DNA from: Epithemia pelagica
Taxonomy: Eukaryota; Protista; Bacillariophyta
Assembly (NCBI GenBank): GCA_946965045.2
Contig: OX337233.1
Coordinates: forward strand, 1,798,001 to 1,862,000
Direction of reading: 5' to 3'
Length of the DNA: 64,000 nucleotides
Numbering within the stretch: position 1 is the stretch's first letter; each line of letters starts with the position of its first letter. Positions 1 to 10,525 of the stretch are shown piece by piece. Made by a program: the position numbers and the translations under genes. A model generated the notes under the pieces. The model did not search any database. It saw only the letters and a program-made list of their open reading frames with translations, and was not told the DNA's origin.

Positions 1-1
1 C

Positions 2-604
2 AAAGACGCTGATATTGAATCTCTTTTCGACCGTATCTGTAAAGGGTTGAAGAACGAGCATGCTTTGATTGTATTTGACCGCACCGAATTGTTGGAAGAT
101 GACGAAGCCAACGAATTCCCCATGTTTCTGAGCAATTTGTTTCGTGAAACACGAAATGTCAGAGTTCTTCTCACGGCGAAAGAAACACTTGGAATTCCCT
201 CTATCGGTGGCCATGTGGAGCATTATTACAGACTGGGTCCCCTTACTTATGCGAACTCCGTTCGACTGTTTTCATCACTTTGCCCGTACATGCACACACC
301 CTCAGACCGTCGTCGCTTATACACAAAAATGGTGGCGAACATGGAAGAAGCAGAACTTTTGCCAACAGATCCTGGAATTAGCCGGTCGGTTCGTACCAAA
401 TTTGATTTGATCGGGAATGGGATCCCGTCCAACATTGAAAAAGCAGCGTATACAATATCCAAAGAAAACTTCATGTCGCTGTTCCGATCCGAGGGACAAG
501 AGGACAACGAACAGCAGCGAGAACATACACAAACTGGTTTTGAAAACTTGGACGAGGAGGAGCAGCGAGAACATCTTCAAATTGGTTTTGAAACCCTTGA
601 GTAG
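2..604 (+). CDS. 3' part of a STAND/NB-ARC-like NTPase protein (runs in from before the window)
   Basis: Frame is open from base 2 (KDADIESLFDRICKGLKNEH...). It shows a Walker-B-like ALIVFDRTELL, a sensor-like RVLLTAK, LGPL..NSVRLF and a GxP-like IGNGIP. It ends in a 16-aa (48-bp) imperfect duplication (EQQREHTQTGFENLD / EEQREHLQIGFETLE). Confidence 0.5.
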   Translation, partial: KDADIESLFDRICKGLKNEHALIVFDRTELLEDDEANEFPMFLSNLFRETRNVRVLLTAKETLGIPSIGGHVEHYYRLGPLTYANSVRLFSSLCPYMHTPSDRRRLYTKMVANMEEAELLPTDPGISRSVRTKFDLIGNGIPSNIEKAAYTISKENFMSLFRSEGQEDNEQQREHTQTGFENLDEEEQREHLQIGFETLE

Positions 605-1065
605 ATAGAAAGGGGTCTAAGCCTCGGACTTATTTTTGCAACCTTACCACTCTCGGAAACCTACTCCTAGAAACGTTGAGCTTGGAGATCTCTTCTTTCT
701 AAAACAGAATGAACGCGAGAGATCTTTGTCCATTTTGCATAATAACAACCGTACTGCAGAACAATGATATGAAGTCCTAGCACCTATTTGTTATGTGAGA
801 CCTCACAATGATGCCCTGACTTCCAGATACCGTGGTGCAGATTACTTTCATTCATTCATCCGAAAGTACTATCTCCAATAAGCTTGCGACCCAAGCCATT
901 GTACTATCTTCAAAACCTTTCCGTCGCTATAATACGATAGGAGATGAACACGGCCCGGTGCCAATCCATGAGTAAGGAACGATGTTCCAGTTCTCATTGT
1001 CACTTTTAATGCCCATACATCTCCAATCAAATGTCTGTTTTCGAACATCGGTAGGGCCCTGTTCC

Positions 1066-1671
1066 CTATTCCACTCTTTGACGTTTACGTCGTCTCTGTT
1101 CTTCAGGTCGTTGGTCCAAAAAGGGCAAAACACAACGTAGGATAGTAACAACTTCATTGCTTCGATAGTACGCCGTTTTGTTCGTTTTCCATCCCTCCGA
1201 GGCCCAAACCACCGCTGAAGTAAAGCTATTCAAGGCGGAGGAAGGAGCATGAATCTTACAAACAGTCTTCCACGCTGCCAATTCCAAAAAGTGCATATGA
1301 TGTAAATCCTCTGTTTGCGTCAAAATTCTCTTAACATTGCGATTGGCATTCTCATCACGATTATTAACAAGGGAGCGCGCAAAGATTGCATAACATGAAT
1401 CCCTCCAATAATCGTGAGCCAATCGCTCAATGCGAGGAACCAGGGACTGGAACTCACACACTTCCAGCATGATGCGCTTCATCGAATCATATGACTCTTG
1501 ATTGCTTATATGTCGGTGGCCCGCCAAGTGAGAGCTTAAATTGCCTTCCCCGACAAGTACGTTGCAGAGAAAACAAGCATACTTCTTATTCTCGATGTGC
1601 CGGTGGCTCACTAAGAAATTAATGAAGTTTGATAGACGACCAAAATGTTCCGAAGAATCCGTTGAATCCAT
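1066..1671 (-). CDS. Hypothetical protein with U1/matrin-type C2H2 zinc finger
   Basis: 201-aa ATG-started ORF with CFLC...LSSHLAGHRH and a basic C-terminus (RRRKRQR). Confidence 0.6.
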   Translation of the reverse strand: MDSTDSSEHFGRLSNFINFLVSHRHIENKKYACFLCNVLVGEGNLSSHLAGHRHISNQESYDSMKRIMLEVCEFQSLVPRIERLAHDYWRDSCYAIFARSLVNNRDENANRNVKRILTQTEDLHHMHFLELAAWKTVCKIHAPSSALNSFTSAVVWASEGWKTNKTAYYRSNEVVTILRCVLPFLDQRPEEQRRRKRQRVE

Positions 1672-1992
1672 TGTACCATTGGTATCTCCTGGTCTCCCAT
1701 TGGACGCAAAAAAAAGGTTTTCGTGGAACCGGGATCAAAATGTCAGTAGTCAGTAGCAAGTCTGTCCGTATTCGGAGTACTGTCAGCCATCTGGAGAAGG
1801 TTGAAGTTTTTGCGCCCCGACCGCCGACATACACTCTCTCACAATGGCGTCGAAGAGCTGTCTCGAGTAGTTTGACAGCGACGATGAAGCGATGAGCTAT
1901 CAGAATCATTGAGTTTAAAAAGCAGAAGGACTGATAGAGGACCAATCACGTCGTTCTCGACGGGTGTCTTTACTGGTCTTTCCGTCAGCGTC

Positions 1993-3123
1993 ATGAGATG
2001 GTCTAACACCTTCTTTTCCACTGGGTTTTGCGTGGGATGGACCAGCGGCTTACAACGTGAAAGACTTGCAAATGGCGTGTGGGTGGCTGGTCATAATCAC
2101 CGTTCGACGTCGAGATGGTCTCATACTGCATCAACATGTGCTCAATATACCTATGTTTTGAGCAAGGCACTCTACGTTCCCTTGACTAGTTGGAGTGACG
2201 ATGCTGTTTCCTTACCAGCCACCCGTGGCCCCGGCTTCACCTTGCCAGCACATGTCGTTGCGTCGTTATGCCGAGTGAGAGATGCCGAACAAGCATCGCT
2301 TTTCGAGTATGAAAAGGCCTCGTGTGTGAAACACCTGTCACAAGAAGAGGAACAAGCAGCAAGGCAGAAGCCTTCCAATCCTCCAGTGCAGTGGGAGCCA
2401 TGGTGCAAATGGCTGGATACACAAGTTGGATACCATCCCTTGCCTCCGCCACATAAGAGCTCGATAAGAGTAAAAGATTCAACACAAATCAACCCCGCTA
2501 CATGGCAAACAGAACTTCGGCAGCTGTTTTCAGCTACTGAGGAGAAGGGGCAGCTGCGTCCGTCTGTTGCAGAGTTGGTTGAAGAAACGCTGCAACAGAT
2601 TGGTCATGGAAGTAGTCCCAACGACATCATGCGGGACAGCGAAGAAGGGTTCGGTCTTGAATCCGTTGTTCTAGCGGGTGAGGGGGAACCACTCCTCCGA
2701 CTTTCATCTGCTCTGAAATTTCTGTCTCAGCTTCAAGAGAGAGCAAACCAGAAAGGAACGAAACTAGTCCCATTACGAATAGTCACAAATGGACTCGCAT
2801 GCACAAAGAGTCGACAGGATGCCAATGATCCACACGTCTTGGCATCGCAGCTTCATGATGCAGGTCTTACATCCATTAGTATTGCATTGCAGACCAACGA
2901 TCCTTTGCACTACGAGACGGTTTGTTTGAAAACGGATTCAACAATAACAGGGACAGAGGCTCATGAAGAAGTGTGTGAGTTTGTGCGTGCGTGCGTAGGT
3001 GCAGGAATTGATACGGAAACCACTGCTGTTGAACATCCGAATGTCGATCGGGGGGCAACGGAAAAGTTATCCGAGTCACTGGGTGTCACCACACCAGTTC
3101 GATGGCGTCCCTTTTATCCATAA
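1993..3123 (+). CDS. TatD-associated radical SAM-like protein lacking the CxxxCxxC motif
   Basis: Collinear motifs: YTYVLSKALYVPLTS, VVLAGEGEPLLRL, LRIVTNGL, SISIALQTNDPLHYETVC, AHEEVCEFVR, TETTAVEHPNVD. First ATG at 1993; the upstream in-frame TTG at 1909 is considered less likely. Confidence 0.7.
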   Translation: MRWSNTFFSTGFCVGWTSGLQRERLANGVWVAGHNHRSTSRWSHTASTCAQYTYVLSKALYVPLTSWSDDAVSLPATRGPGFTLPAHVVASLCRVRDAEQASLFEYEKASCVKHLSQEEEQAARQKPSNPPVQWEPWCKWLDTQVGYHPLPPPHKSSIRVKDSTQINPATWQTELRQLFSATEEKGQLRPSVAELVEETLQQIGHGSSPNDIMRDSEEGFGLESVVLAGEGEPLLRLSSALKFLSQLQERANQKGTKLVPLRIVTNGLACTKSRQDANDPHVLASQLHDAGLTSISIALQTNDPLHYETVCLKTDSTITGTEAHEEVCEFVRACVGAGIDTETTAVEHPNVDRGATEKLSESLGVTTPVRWRPFYP

Positions 3124-3279
3124 CTGACAACAACAAACGGGTGGCTGTATTGTTGGGCACCACGCCTTTCTCTATGACTTGAGGATGACTTTTTCTCAAA
3201 TCGAGCAAACTTTGCTTTGAAAATGTTGGTTATAGGTCGATTGCATCCCACCTGACTGGGATGCCTAGAATCGTCGTCA

Positions 3280-3561
3280 GAGCAGATCCATTCGGAGGTG
3301 GAATTGTTGAAGGATCTCCGTGCCGTTTTTACGGAAGAAGATTTCTCAGGGATGCGTCGGGTGTATAGAAATGCGGCTTTGTTTCGCACTCGAATTTCTT
3401 CCAAGATGATTCTAGTTTATTATTTGCTTCATACATTTCTATCGTTCGAGGCTTTCGAGCATGTTTTTCCAAAATGTATCTCTGAATGTCTGATGAGTAG
3501 AAATGTTCTCTCTTGAACCATTTGGTTGGTTTGATCGCAATCCAGGTTCGAGGTTTTGACT
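3280..3561 (+). repeat. Dispersed ~280-bp repeat, copy A (direct repeat of 12123-12402)
   Basis: Runs GAGCAGATCCATT.GGAGGTGGAATTGTTGAAGGATCTCCGTG ... CAATCCAGGTTCGAGGT.TTGACT in both copies, roughly 85% identical by eye. Similarity resumes (GACATTTTGT) just after the hAT insertion at ~10206. Confidence 0.9.
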
Positions 3562-3594
3562 TTTGACCATCGACATCGGGACCAGGGTATAGAA

Positions 3595-3925
3595 GTCAAC
3601 TCACACGACCTGCTAACTTAACTTTACCCCTTAAAGTCAAGTCACAAAAGTTAAGCGACTTAACTTCATCCACCAAAGTCATATCCAACCAACAAGCAAC
3701 TTGACTTTATGCATAAAGTCACATTCCTGCAACAGGCAACTTGACTTCAGACATAAAGTCAACCATCTAGATCACAGTGACTTGACTTTAACAGTTAAAG
3801 TCAACCATCTAGATCACAGTGACTTGACTTTAACAGTTAAAGTCACAATTCTGAATGCACCGACTTGACTTTAAGCGCAACCGACCTGACTTTAAGTCGA
3901 TGACTTTATGACTTTAAGTCGACTC
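3595..3925. repeat. Left subterminal array of hAT element 1 (TGACTT/AAGTCA palindromic units, ~42-bp period)
   Basis: Many TGACTTGACTTT...AAAGTCA units, including an exact ~42-bp duplication around 3759-3842. Confidence 0.85.
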
Positions 3926-4083
3926 AAGCACGTATTCCACATTCCACACTCTGTACTCTGGACAATCGTATCGAGCAGCCAAAAGCAAAGGAAACCATGA
4001 ACCCTCCACATTGTCAGAAACACCGACCATACGTTACAATATGCAGTTGTTGCAACATAAGCATCTCTCTCGAACATGCACCA

Positions 4084-5818
4084 ATGTCACTTTTTGACCT
4101 TATGCTTTCAGAAATCGACTCGGATTCACAAGAAGACTTTGAAGGAAGACTCGACTCCATAAAGAGCACTCTGATTCTTTGGATGAATTGCGAGCAAGGC
4201 ACAATCTCTGTAATTCCCAAAGATTTTGAATTGACCACCAGCCATACTTGCCAAACCCATTTTTGGTATACATTTGAAGAGGTTTTTGAGAAGGCCTCTC
4301 TTCTTATGTATACAGCAATGTTTGCAATACCGAAATCAAGTCATCTTTCAGAATACAAGTATCAATGCAAATCGCTCAAAGACAATCTCCCTTATATTCT
4401 CCTCAAGTTCTCCTGCAATCCGACATTCTCTGTTTCTCAAGATGCAACATTCCTTGAGTGTTGCAACTTTGTTGAAGACCTCATCAACGAATCTCCATCG
4501 TCTCCATTGAACCATGATGAAATCACTGATGCCTTTCATACTTGGATCACTCATCACGATGGCCGAATCCTTGTTTCATCATCGGGGTCTCCCATTCGGA
4601 CTTTCCCCCCTTCCATTCGCCCCTTAGTTCAATGCATTTCCCAGTCCATTCTACAAGCCATCGTCAACAGTCAACCCAAGGATGATTTCAACCAGAATAC
4701 TATTACTGACGAGGTTGAAGACCTGGAACAACAACAACCACTACAACAACCTGGGCTACCCAATTCACAATTGGATCATAATTCTCAGTCTCAGACCAAA
4801 AAGGGAGATACATCCTCCCCAATGACGAACAAGGATATAAAAAATTCCCCCAACAGCCTGATGTCAGCCTATGTTCCCAAAACACAACGACAATGTGCAC
4901 AGATGGCATTTATACTGAAGAATGCTGCAAGTTCAAAACAAAGCATACAATACAACAATGGAAAACGACATCTTCCTGGAACCAGACCGAAAACCAATCC
5001 ACCACAAGCATTCAGATACAGCCATTATTTCTAGCCGGATACAACTACTAGAAGACTTTGCCACCCTACACAAGAAATTCCAAGAGGACAATCTACGAAG
5101 TCCCCGAGACGATTGGGAAAAGTGGATTGACGATTACATTTCGGTTGACAAGGATTCGGACCGTGCTTTTATGTGCCTTATCGTTATACTCATGAGCTCA
5201 AGTACTTCGGACCGTCAACTCTCTTCCCTTGTACCTGGTCTGTTCAAACTTGGACTTACTTCATCCAAAGCGACAATTGAAATTGCAAATAAGTATGGAA
5301 TGGATGCACTTTGCAGTGTGTTGTCTCCATCTGGCCGGTACTATGACAATGCCGAACGCATAGTGAATGCCGCTGATTACTTCATTTATTTTCATCATGG
5401 TGGCATTTCACCTACGATAAGTCTCCACGAGCTTCAATGCATTTTTGGCATTGGACACAAACCTGCTCCCATTGTTCTGTCATTTGCTTTCAATCGACAT
5501 GAAGGCATACCAAGTGACACTCATGTAATGCGATGCTGTAAAGTACTTCACTGGATTCCAAGTTACGTTACAGATGGCTTAGAATCCTCTCTGATCCTCC
5601 AGTCATGGCTTCCAACTCAGTACTGGCACATTGTCAATCCGGTATTTGGTGCGTTTGGACAAATTCTCTCTACCAAACAAACCTCCGAATTGTCATTCAT
5701 GATTCTTATCAGCCATGTCTGTCCGAGAGAAGACGACGTGATACAAGAAACCAACCGTAAGAACAACCTGCACTACATCTATGTCGAGCTGATTAAAGAA
5801 TACCAAACCTGGAGTTGA
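4084..5818 (+). pseudogene. Transposon-borne N-terminal-domain + endonuclease III (HhH-GPD) glycosylase fusion, split by a +1 frameshift at ~4993
   Basis: ORF 3997/4084-5034 continues in ORF 4922-5818. Motifs: FMCLIVILMSSSTSD, SGRYYDNAERIVNAADYF, HhH IFGIGHKPA (catalytic Lys) and GIPSDTHV (catalytic Asp). No C-terminal Fe-S Cys motif. An in-frame ATG at 4922 could still give a 298-aa glycosylase-only protein. Confidence 0.85.
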
Positions 5819-5977
5819 CGCTAATTTTTTACTACTTACTAAGATTATTATGTTGTAATGACATCCGACATGTACTTTGTGTGTGATGTGATTGGTAGTG
5901 ATAATTTGTGGGATATCCGTGATGTGATTGTCTTGTTGTGATGATTCTCTTCTGATATGAATCTCTTGTCCTTTCCT

Positions 5978-8900
5978 CTACTTCCTAGTACGTGGACTTG
6001 TCCAAGTGCCCTTGGGTACTGATGAGGATGCTGATGCTGAGGACTCCTTTGATGCGGCTGCTGGCTGCTCTTGTTCCGTAGTATTCTCTGTTGTTGGAGG
6101 TGGTTTCTTTTTGGGGAACGCCTGTTGTAGTTTTGTTTGCCTTCGCTTTGATGGATTCTTTGACGACCGACTTCCCTTTGAACCTGGTGCCTTTCGGGCT
6201 CTTTTCTGTTTCTGTGTCGTCGAACTGGAAGCTGCACTGGTTGGGGTTGCATCAACAGAGCCTTTCCTCTTCCTGGCTGACGATGATGGAGTCTTCGTCA
6301 AGTTGCCAGGTCCATTCTCTGATACTTGATTGTTATTGAGTGCTTCCTCCTTATCAGTATCACCTCCGATTACTGACGCATATGCTTTCAGTGTTTCCTT
6401 TTCTTCTCTGGCTACAGTGACCAGAGCAAAATCCGAGTCATCTGTCGTTTGGTAAGTTCGTCCTCTATCCATCATCTCCACCTGGTCAATGTCGGTCATA
6501 TCAACGATGTCCAAAATTTCGACACTATCAACAGATCGGTCATCAGCAATCTCGTCGTTGTTGTTCGCACTAAACTTATAAGGTTCCATAAGAATCCCTT
6601 CGTCCAGACTGTTACCCTTGTCCAAGTGCTCTTGATATGAGTTGGTGGCTCGTACGATCTGTTCCATACGCAACATCTCTCCTTGTGTTGAATCTTCTGC
6701 AAGTTGCCCGATAGGTACTTGATGCTTCTTTGCCTGTGTCTTTGCCTCTTCATCCTGTGTTGGCTTCACACCCCCTGTTGTGGGGACTGATCGTGCTTCA
6801 TCTTCTTCATCTTCAGTCCACCACTGAGAGTCGTCTACCACGACTACTGCGTCCTCATCACCACCCCCCTCCGCTTCTCTCTTCTTCTTTTCGTCATCCA
6901 TGATCTCTTTTTCCCTTTTCCAGATAACTTCCACCAGAGGTCTTGTAAGACAACCCAATGTGCGCATCTCGAAGTTCTTATCCAGTTGCCGATTCATCCG
7001 CTTGTTGGCATCCATCAATGAGGCCGTAGAAAAAACACGTTATTGGAATGCATTTGTGGCGGGCTTGGCAGTCCAGATTATTGCCGTGGGAAAAATTTGA
7101 GGAAAGCGATCTTTGAAGATTGCCCACCACGAAAGGACGTCAAAGTACTTTCCAACTCGGCTGAAAAGTAACTTGTTACATGCAACTTTGAATCGGCTCC
7201 ATTGTTTTGGTGTCCAAGTAGCTGATTCTTTTCGAAACACTGCTGAAGGGAACTTTCTGATGTGACTTTCCCAAGAGCTCTGTACCATTCTCTCACTGTA
7301 GTCCATAAACTGCCCGAATTCATCGTTTATTTTCTCATATAGCTTGTCTCGAAGAACCTGTTTGTTGTTTTGACCGCCATTGCCTCCAGTAGTCATTCGC
7401 CGTGCATTTGCCTCACGATCTTGTGCTGCTTTATAGGAAGCAAATATGTTGAAGGCGTCGTCCTCTGACACTTCGGAATCATTATCGTTGTTGTCGTTGA
7501 CATCATTTGGGACTTCATTCGCCACTTCTTGTCCCCTAACATCAACAGTCACTTGCCGTGTCGTTTGAGTTGTCCCTTCTCTTGGGATCACTAGTAACCT
7601 GTCAACACAGTCATTGACATATTGCTCTCTAATTCGTTTGATATCTCGATCGTCGTAGATGTTGTTGTGTTTGAGAATGCTTGGAGCCAATTTGCATAGG
7701 AAGGGATGGCCCAGCATGGCATTCTCACCATGTATATCTTGTCCCTCCTCCATATAGTTGCAATATTCGATGAGCAACCGTTTAATCAGTAGCTGCGAAG
7801 AAGGTAGGAGCTTGTCATAGGGGATCTTTTTCCTCTTTGACTGTAGGGCGTCCATGGTCATCTTGGCATCCCACCTGGGAAGATTGTCATTGTCGTCCAC
7901 GTTCAACATCAAGACCCGAACACCGTCTTGTTTCATTTTCTTAATGACATGCTTCGAGTTGAAAATTTCTAATAGGGCAGCAGCTGAGGCAGATGGATCG
8001 TCAGATTGTAAAGTCATTGCACACGTTTTCAGAGGTGCTAGAATTGACTCGAACTGTGACATTGCTTCCCAGTCTTCTTTCTTGGGATATCTGTTCCGGA
8101 ATTCCTTATCCTTGTTGTCAAGGCAGCAGTGGTGGTAATATGCGTCGGTGACGTGCTTGATTCGTATGAAACCATGGAACATGATACCACAGCCTCCCAC
8201 ACGTGTTTGGTTGGGCATGGGTATCTCGATTATAGCTTTCCCATTCTTTTCGGCATAGTCTTTTACAAGGTCGAAACGTTTTGCCCGACCGCTCATGAGC
8301 CATGATCCAAATTTGAGGAAAATCTTGTACACGCGTAGAAAACTTGGATTCTCATCAATAACTTCACCCCTTCGTTTACGGACGGCTATTCCAGTAGCAT
8401 GTTTCAAAATCAGTTCGGCGCGATGCATGTCGCATTTGCCGCCTGTTTTGTTGCCAAGAATGTATTTTCCTGGAAGAACCGCTGAGTTTGTGTTGTCGTT
8501 TACGCTTGCACATAGGTCTTTCCGCGTGAATCCAACAGAGTGCAAGATTTTGAGAGTATGCGTGGCAACCTGTTGAGCTGTGTGACCTTTTGTAGTACAT
8601 AGGCCAACCGGAATCTTGTAGTCGATACAATTTCTGGGGTCGATGAATGTAACAACAACTCCAAGGACGTCCTTCTTATTTCCTTGCCAAATATCATGGC
8701 ATACAGAGGCGAAGGGTGTTTGATTATTGTTGCAGACACGTTTGTATGCGCTTCGAACATTCCGGCAAAGCATAGCAATGGTCTTCAAAAACTCATTATA
8801 TGACAACAGTCGCATCTTTGTTATGGCTTTGTTGCTGATGACAACATCTTGGCTACTCAGCCTTGGGGCGTGCTTGATAGTAAAGGACAGTAGGTCTCGA

Positions 8901-9649
8901 AAGTTTGGTTTCTCCACAGTGGAAGCAGGGAAACCATTGTCGTTGATAAACTCATAGACCTTTGTCCGAAATGTTTGGACCGTTTCTTCCCTTGACTTCA
9001 TTGGTTGGGAATACGAGGACATCAAGGGTTGTTTGGAATTTTCGAGAAGCGGTTCGCTTTTCTTTTCGGGAAGTTCTTCGTGCACTCGTAGATTGTGCTG
9101 TCCGATATTAGATGATACTCCTTCGGTGCAAAGAATTGTCGCTTTAAGGAGTGGAGAGCTGGCATTGTCAAAGCATCTCGGACATACAAAAAGTTGCTTG
9201 GCAATTGATTCATAAACCTCTTCTTGAGGGTCGTCTTCTGAAGCTTCATCCAATATTTCGAAACAGCGAAGTATACCTCCCATTGTCTCAAGTTCATTGA
9301 CACTTATTTCTGTCTTCAGTCTTCGCTTCAACGATCGAATGTGAGCGAAATCGACATGATGAACTGTCCACCATTTGGTGCCGGTCTTCTTGAATATTGA
9401 CTTGGGTGGTGAACGGAACTTAATGTAGGATTTTTCTTTTTGGATCGCTCTGAGGTGATCAGCTGTAACGTCTTGAACCTCATCATCTGCTGCGTCTTGG
9501 CCTTGCTCTGTTTCTGTTGAAGCAGCCGGGCACTCTGCGACATCGGCATCTGCTGAAACTGTAGAAGTGTTGTTAAGGACAGCCTCTTCCTCTTCCCCTC
9601 GGTTCGAAGATGAAGCTGGAGCACCAGAAGCTTGCTTCGAAGGGGACAT
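5978..9649 (-). pseudogene. hAT transposase with one in-frame nonsense codon at the catalytic Glu
   Basis: BED-like CPRC...HNLRVH, first Asp CHDIWQ, second Asp VNDNTNS, CxxH KCDMH, QTR, and C-terminal FDVLSWW...PATNAFQ*RVFST. TAA at 7040-7042 replaces the E of ERVFS seen in elements 2 and 3. ORF 5978-7018 is the in-frame continuation. Confidence 0.9.
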
Positions 9650-9929
9650 GGTGTCCGACGACGTACTGGATAAGGTTGATATAGATCTGCTGGGGCTTGG
9701 GTGGAGTTCAATCTGTTGAGTTAAGGACAAACGACCACACAGGCCAAATGACATGAACCCGTCTCCCCCTGTGTTGACACAGTGGAGGTGCAGAAATGGA
9801 ATGTATGGTGTAGGGACGAGATGTGTGTATGTGGTCGTTTGGAATATTGGGTCATTCATTCATTCATGTTTACTCTGTGTTTTTCTGTGCGGGGTGGATC
9901 GTATATCGTGTATCGTGTATCGTGTACGA

Positions 9930-10190
9930 AGTCAGTCTTGAAGTGAGTGTGACTTGACTTATGTAGACAAAGTCACTATCATGTAGACAGTGACTTGACT
10001 TTACGGTTAAAGTCAAGTAGCTACAGAGGCATGACTTGACTTTACGGTTAAAGTCAGGTAGATAATAGGGGTGACTTGACTTTATGGTTAAAGTCATGTA
10101 GCTATGCAGGGATGACTTGACTTTAAGTGATAAAGTCGTCGTAAAGTCAACGATAAAGTCGTGAAGTCAGAAATGTCTAAAGTTTGACTT
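9930..10190. repeat. Right subterminal array of hAT element 1
   Basis: About five units of TGACTTGACTTTA(C/T)GGTTAAAGTCA-like sequence with a ~41-42-bp period. Confidence 0.85.
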
Positions 10191-10525
10191 CCAAACCCTG
10201 ATCGGGACATTTTGTGTCTGAATCAGGAGTTACGCGATAGCTATTGTAGGCCGCGAAACTGTCTGGCCGTCCTCTCGCGTCTGGCGCGCCCGGCTTGTCG
10301 GAAAAATGACTCGACGGGCAATTATCTTGTCGGGCATGCGCCCTCATAGACCATTGCCCTCCTCGTCATTCTACCCGTCGCGCCGGGCGGTCCCTCCTTC
10401 AAAGGACACCGGGATTTTCAAGAAAACAACAAGCACAGTATCGAACACAACAAAGAACGAGAAGCGGTGGATAGTCGACTGTATAATCGTGCACAGCGGC
10501 AAAGCAAGTACTTGTCCTCCTCATC

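Larger units (their letters stand above)
3583..10200 (-). mobile_element. hAT DNA transposon (element 1, 6618 bp) with transposase and Nth-like cargo gene
   Basis: Perfect 8-bp TSD ATCGGGAC at 3575-3582 and 10201-10208. 17-bp TIRs CAGGGTATAGAAGTCAA / CAGGGTTTGGAAGTCAA (15/17). AAGTCA/TGACTT subterminal arrays at both ends. Contains a hAT transposase ORF. Confidence 0.95.

Noticed and set aside
9930-10190. Regular palindromic repeats with variable inter-repeat sequence (also 3690-3910) resembling a CRISPR array
   Set aside because: Variable parts are only ~15-17 nt and partly repeated, the arrays mirror each other just inside hAT TIRs, and there are no cas genes. They are transposon subterminal repeats.
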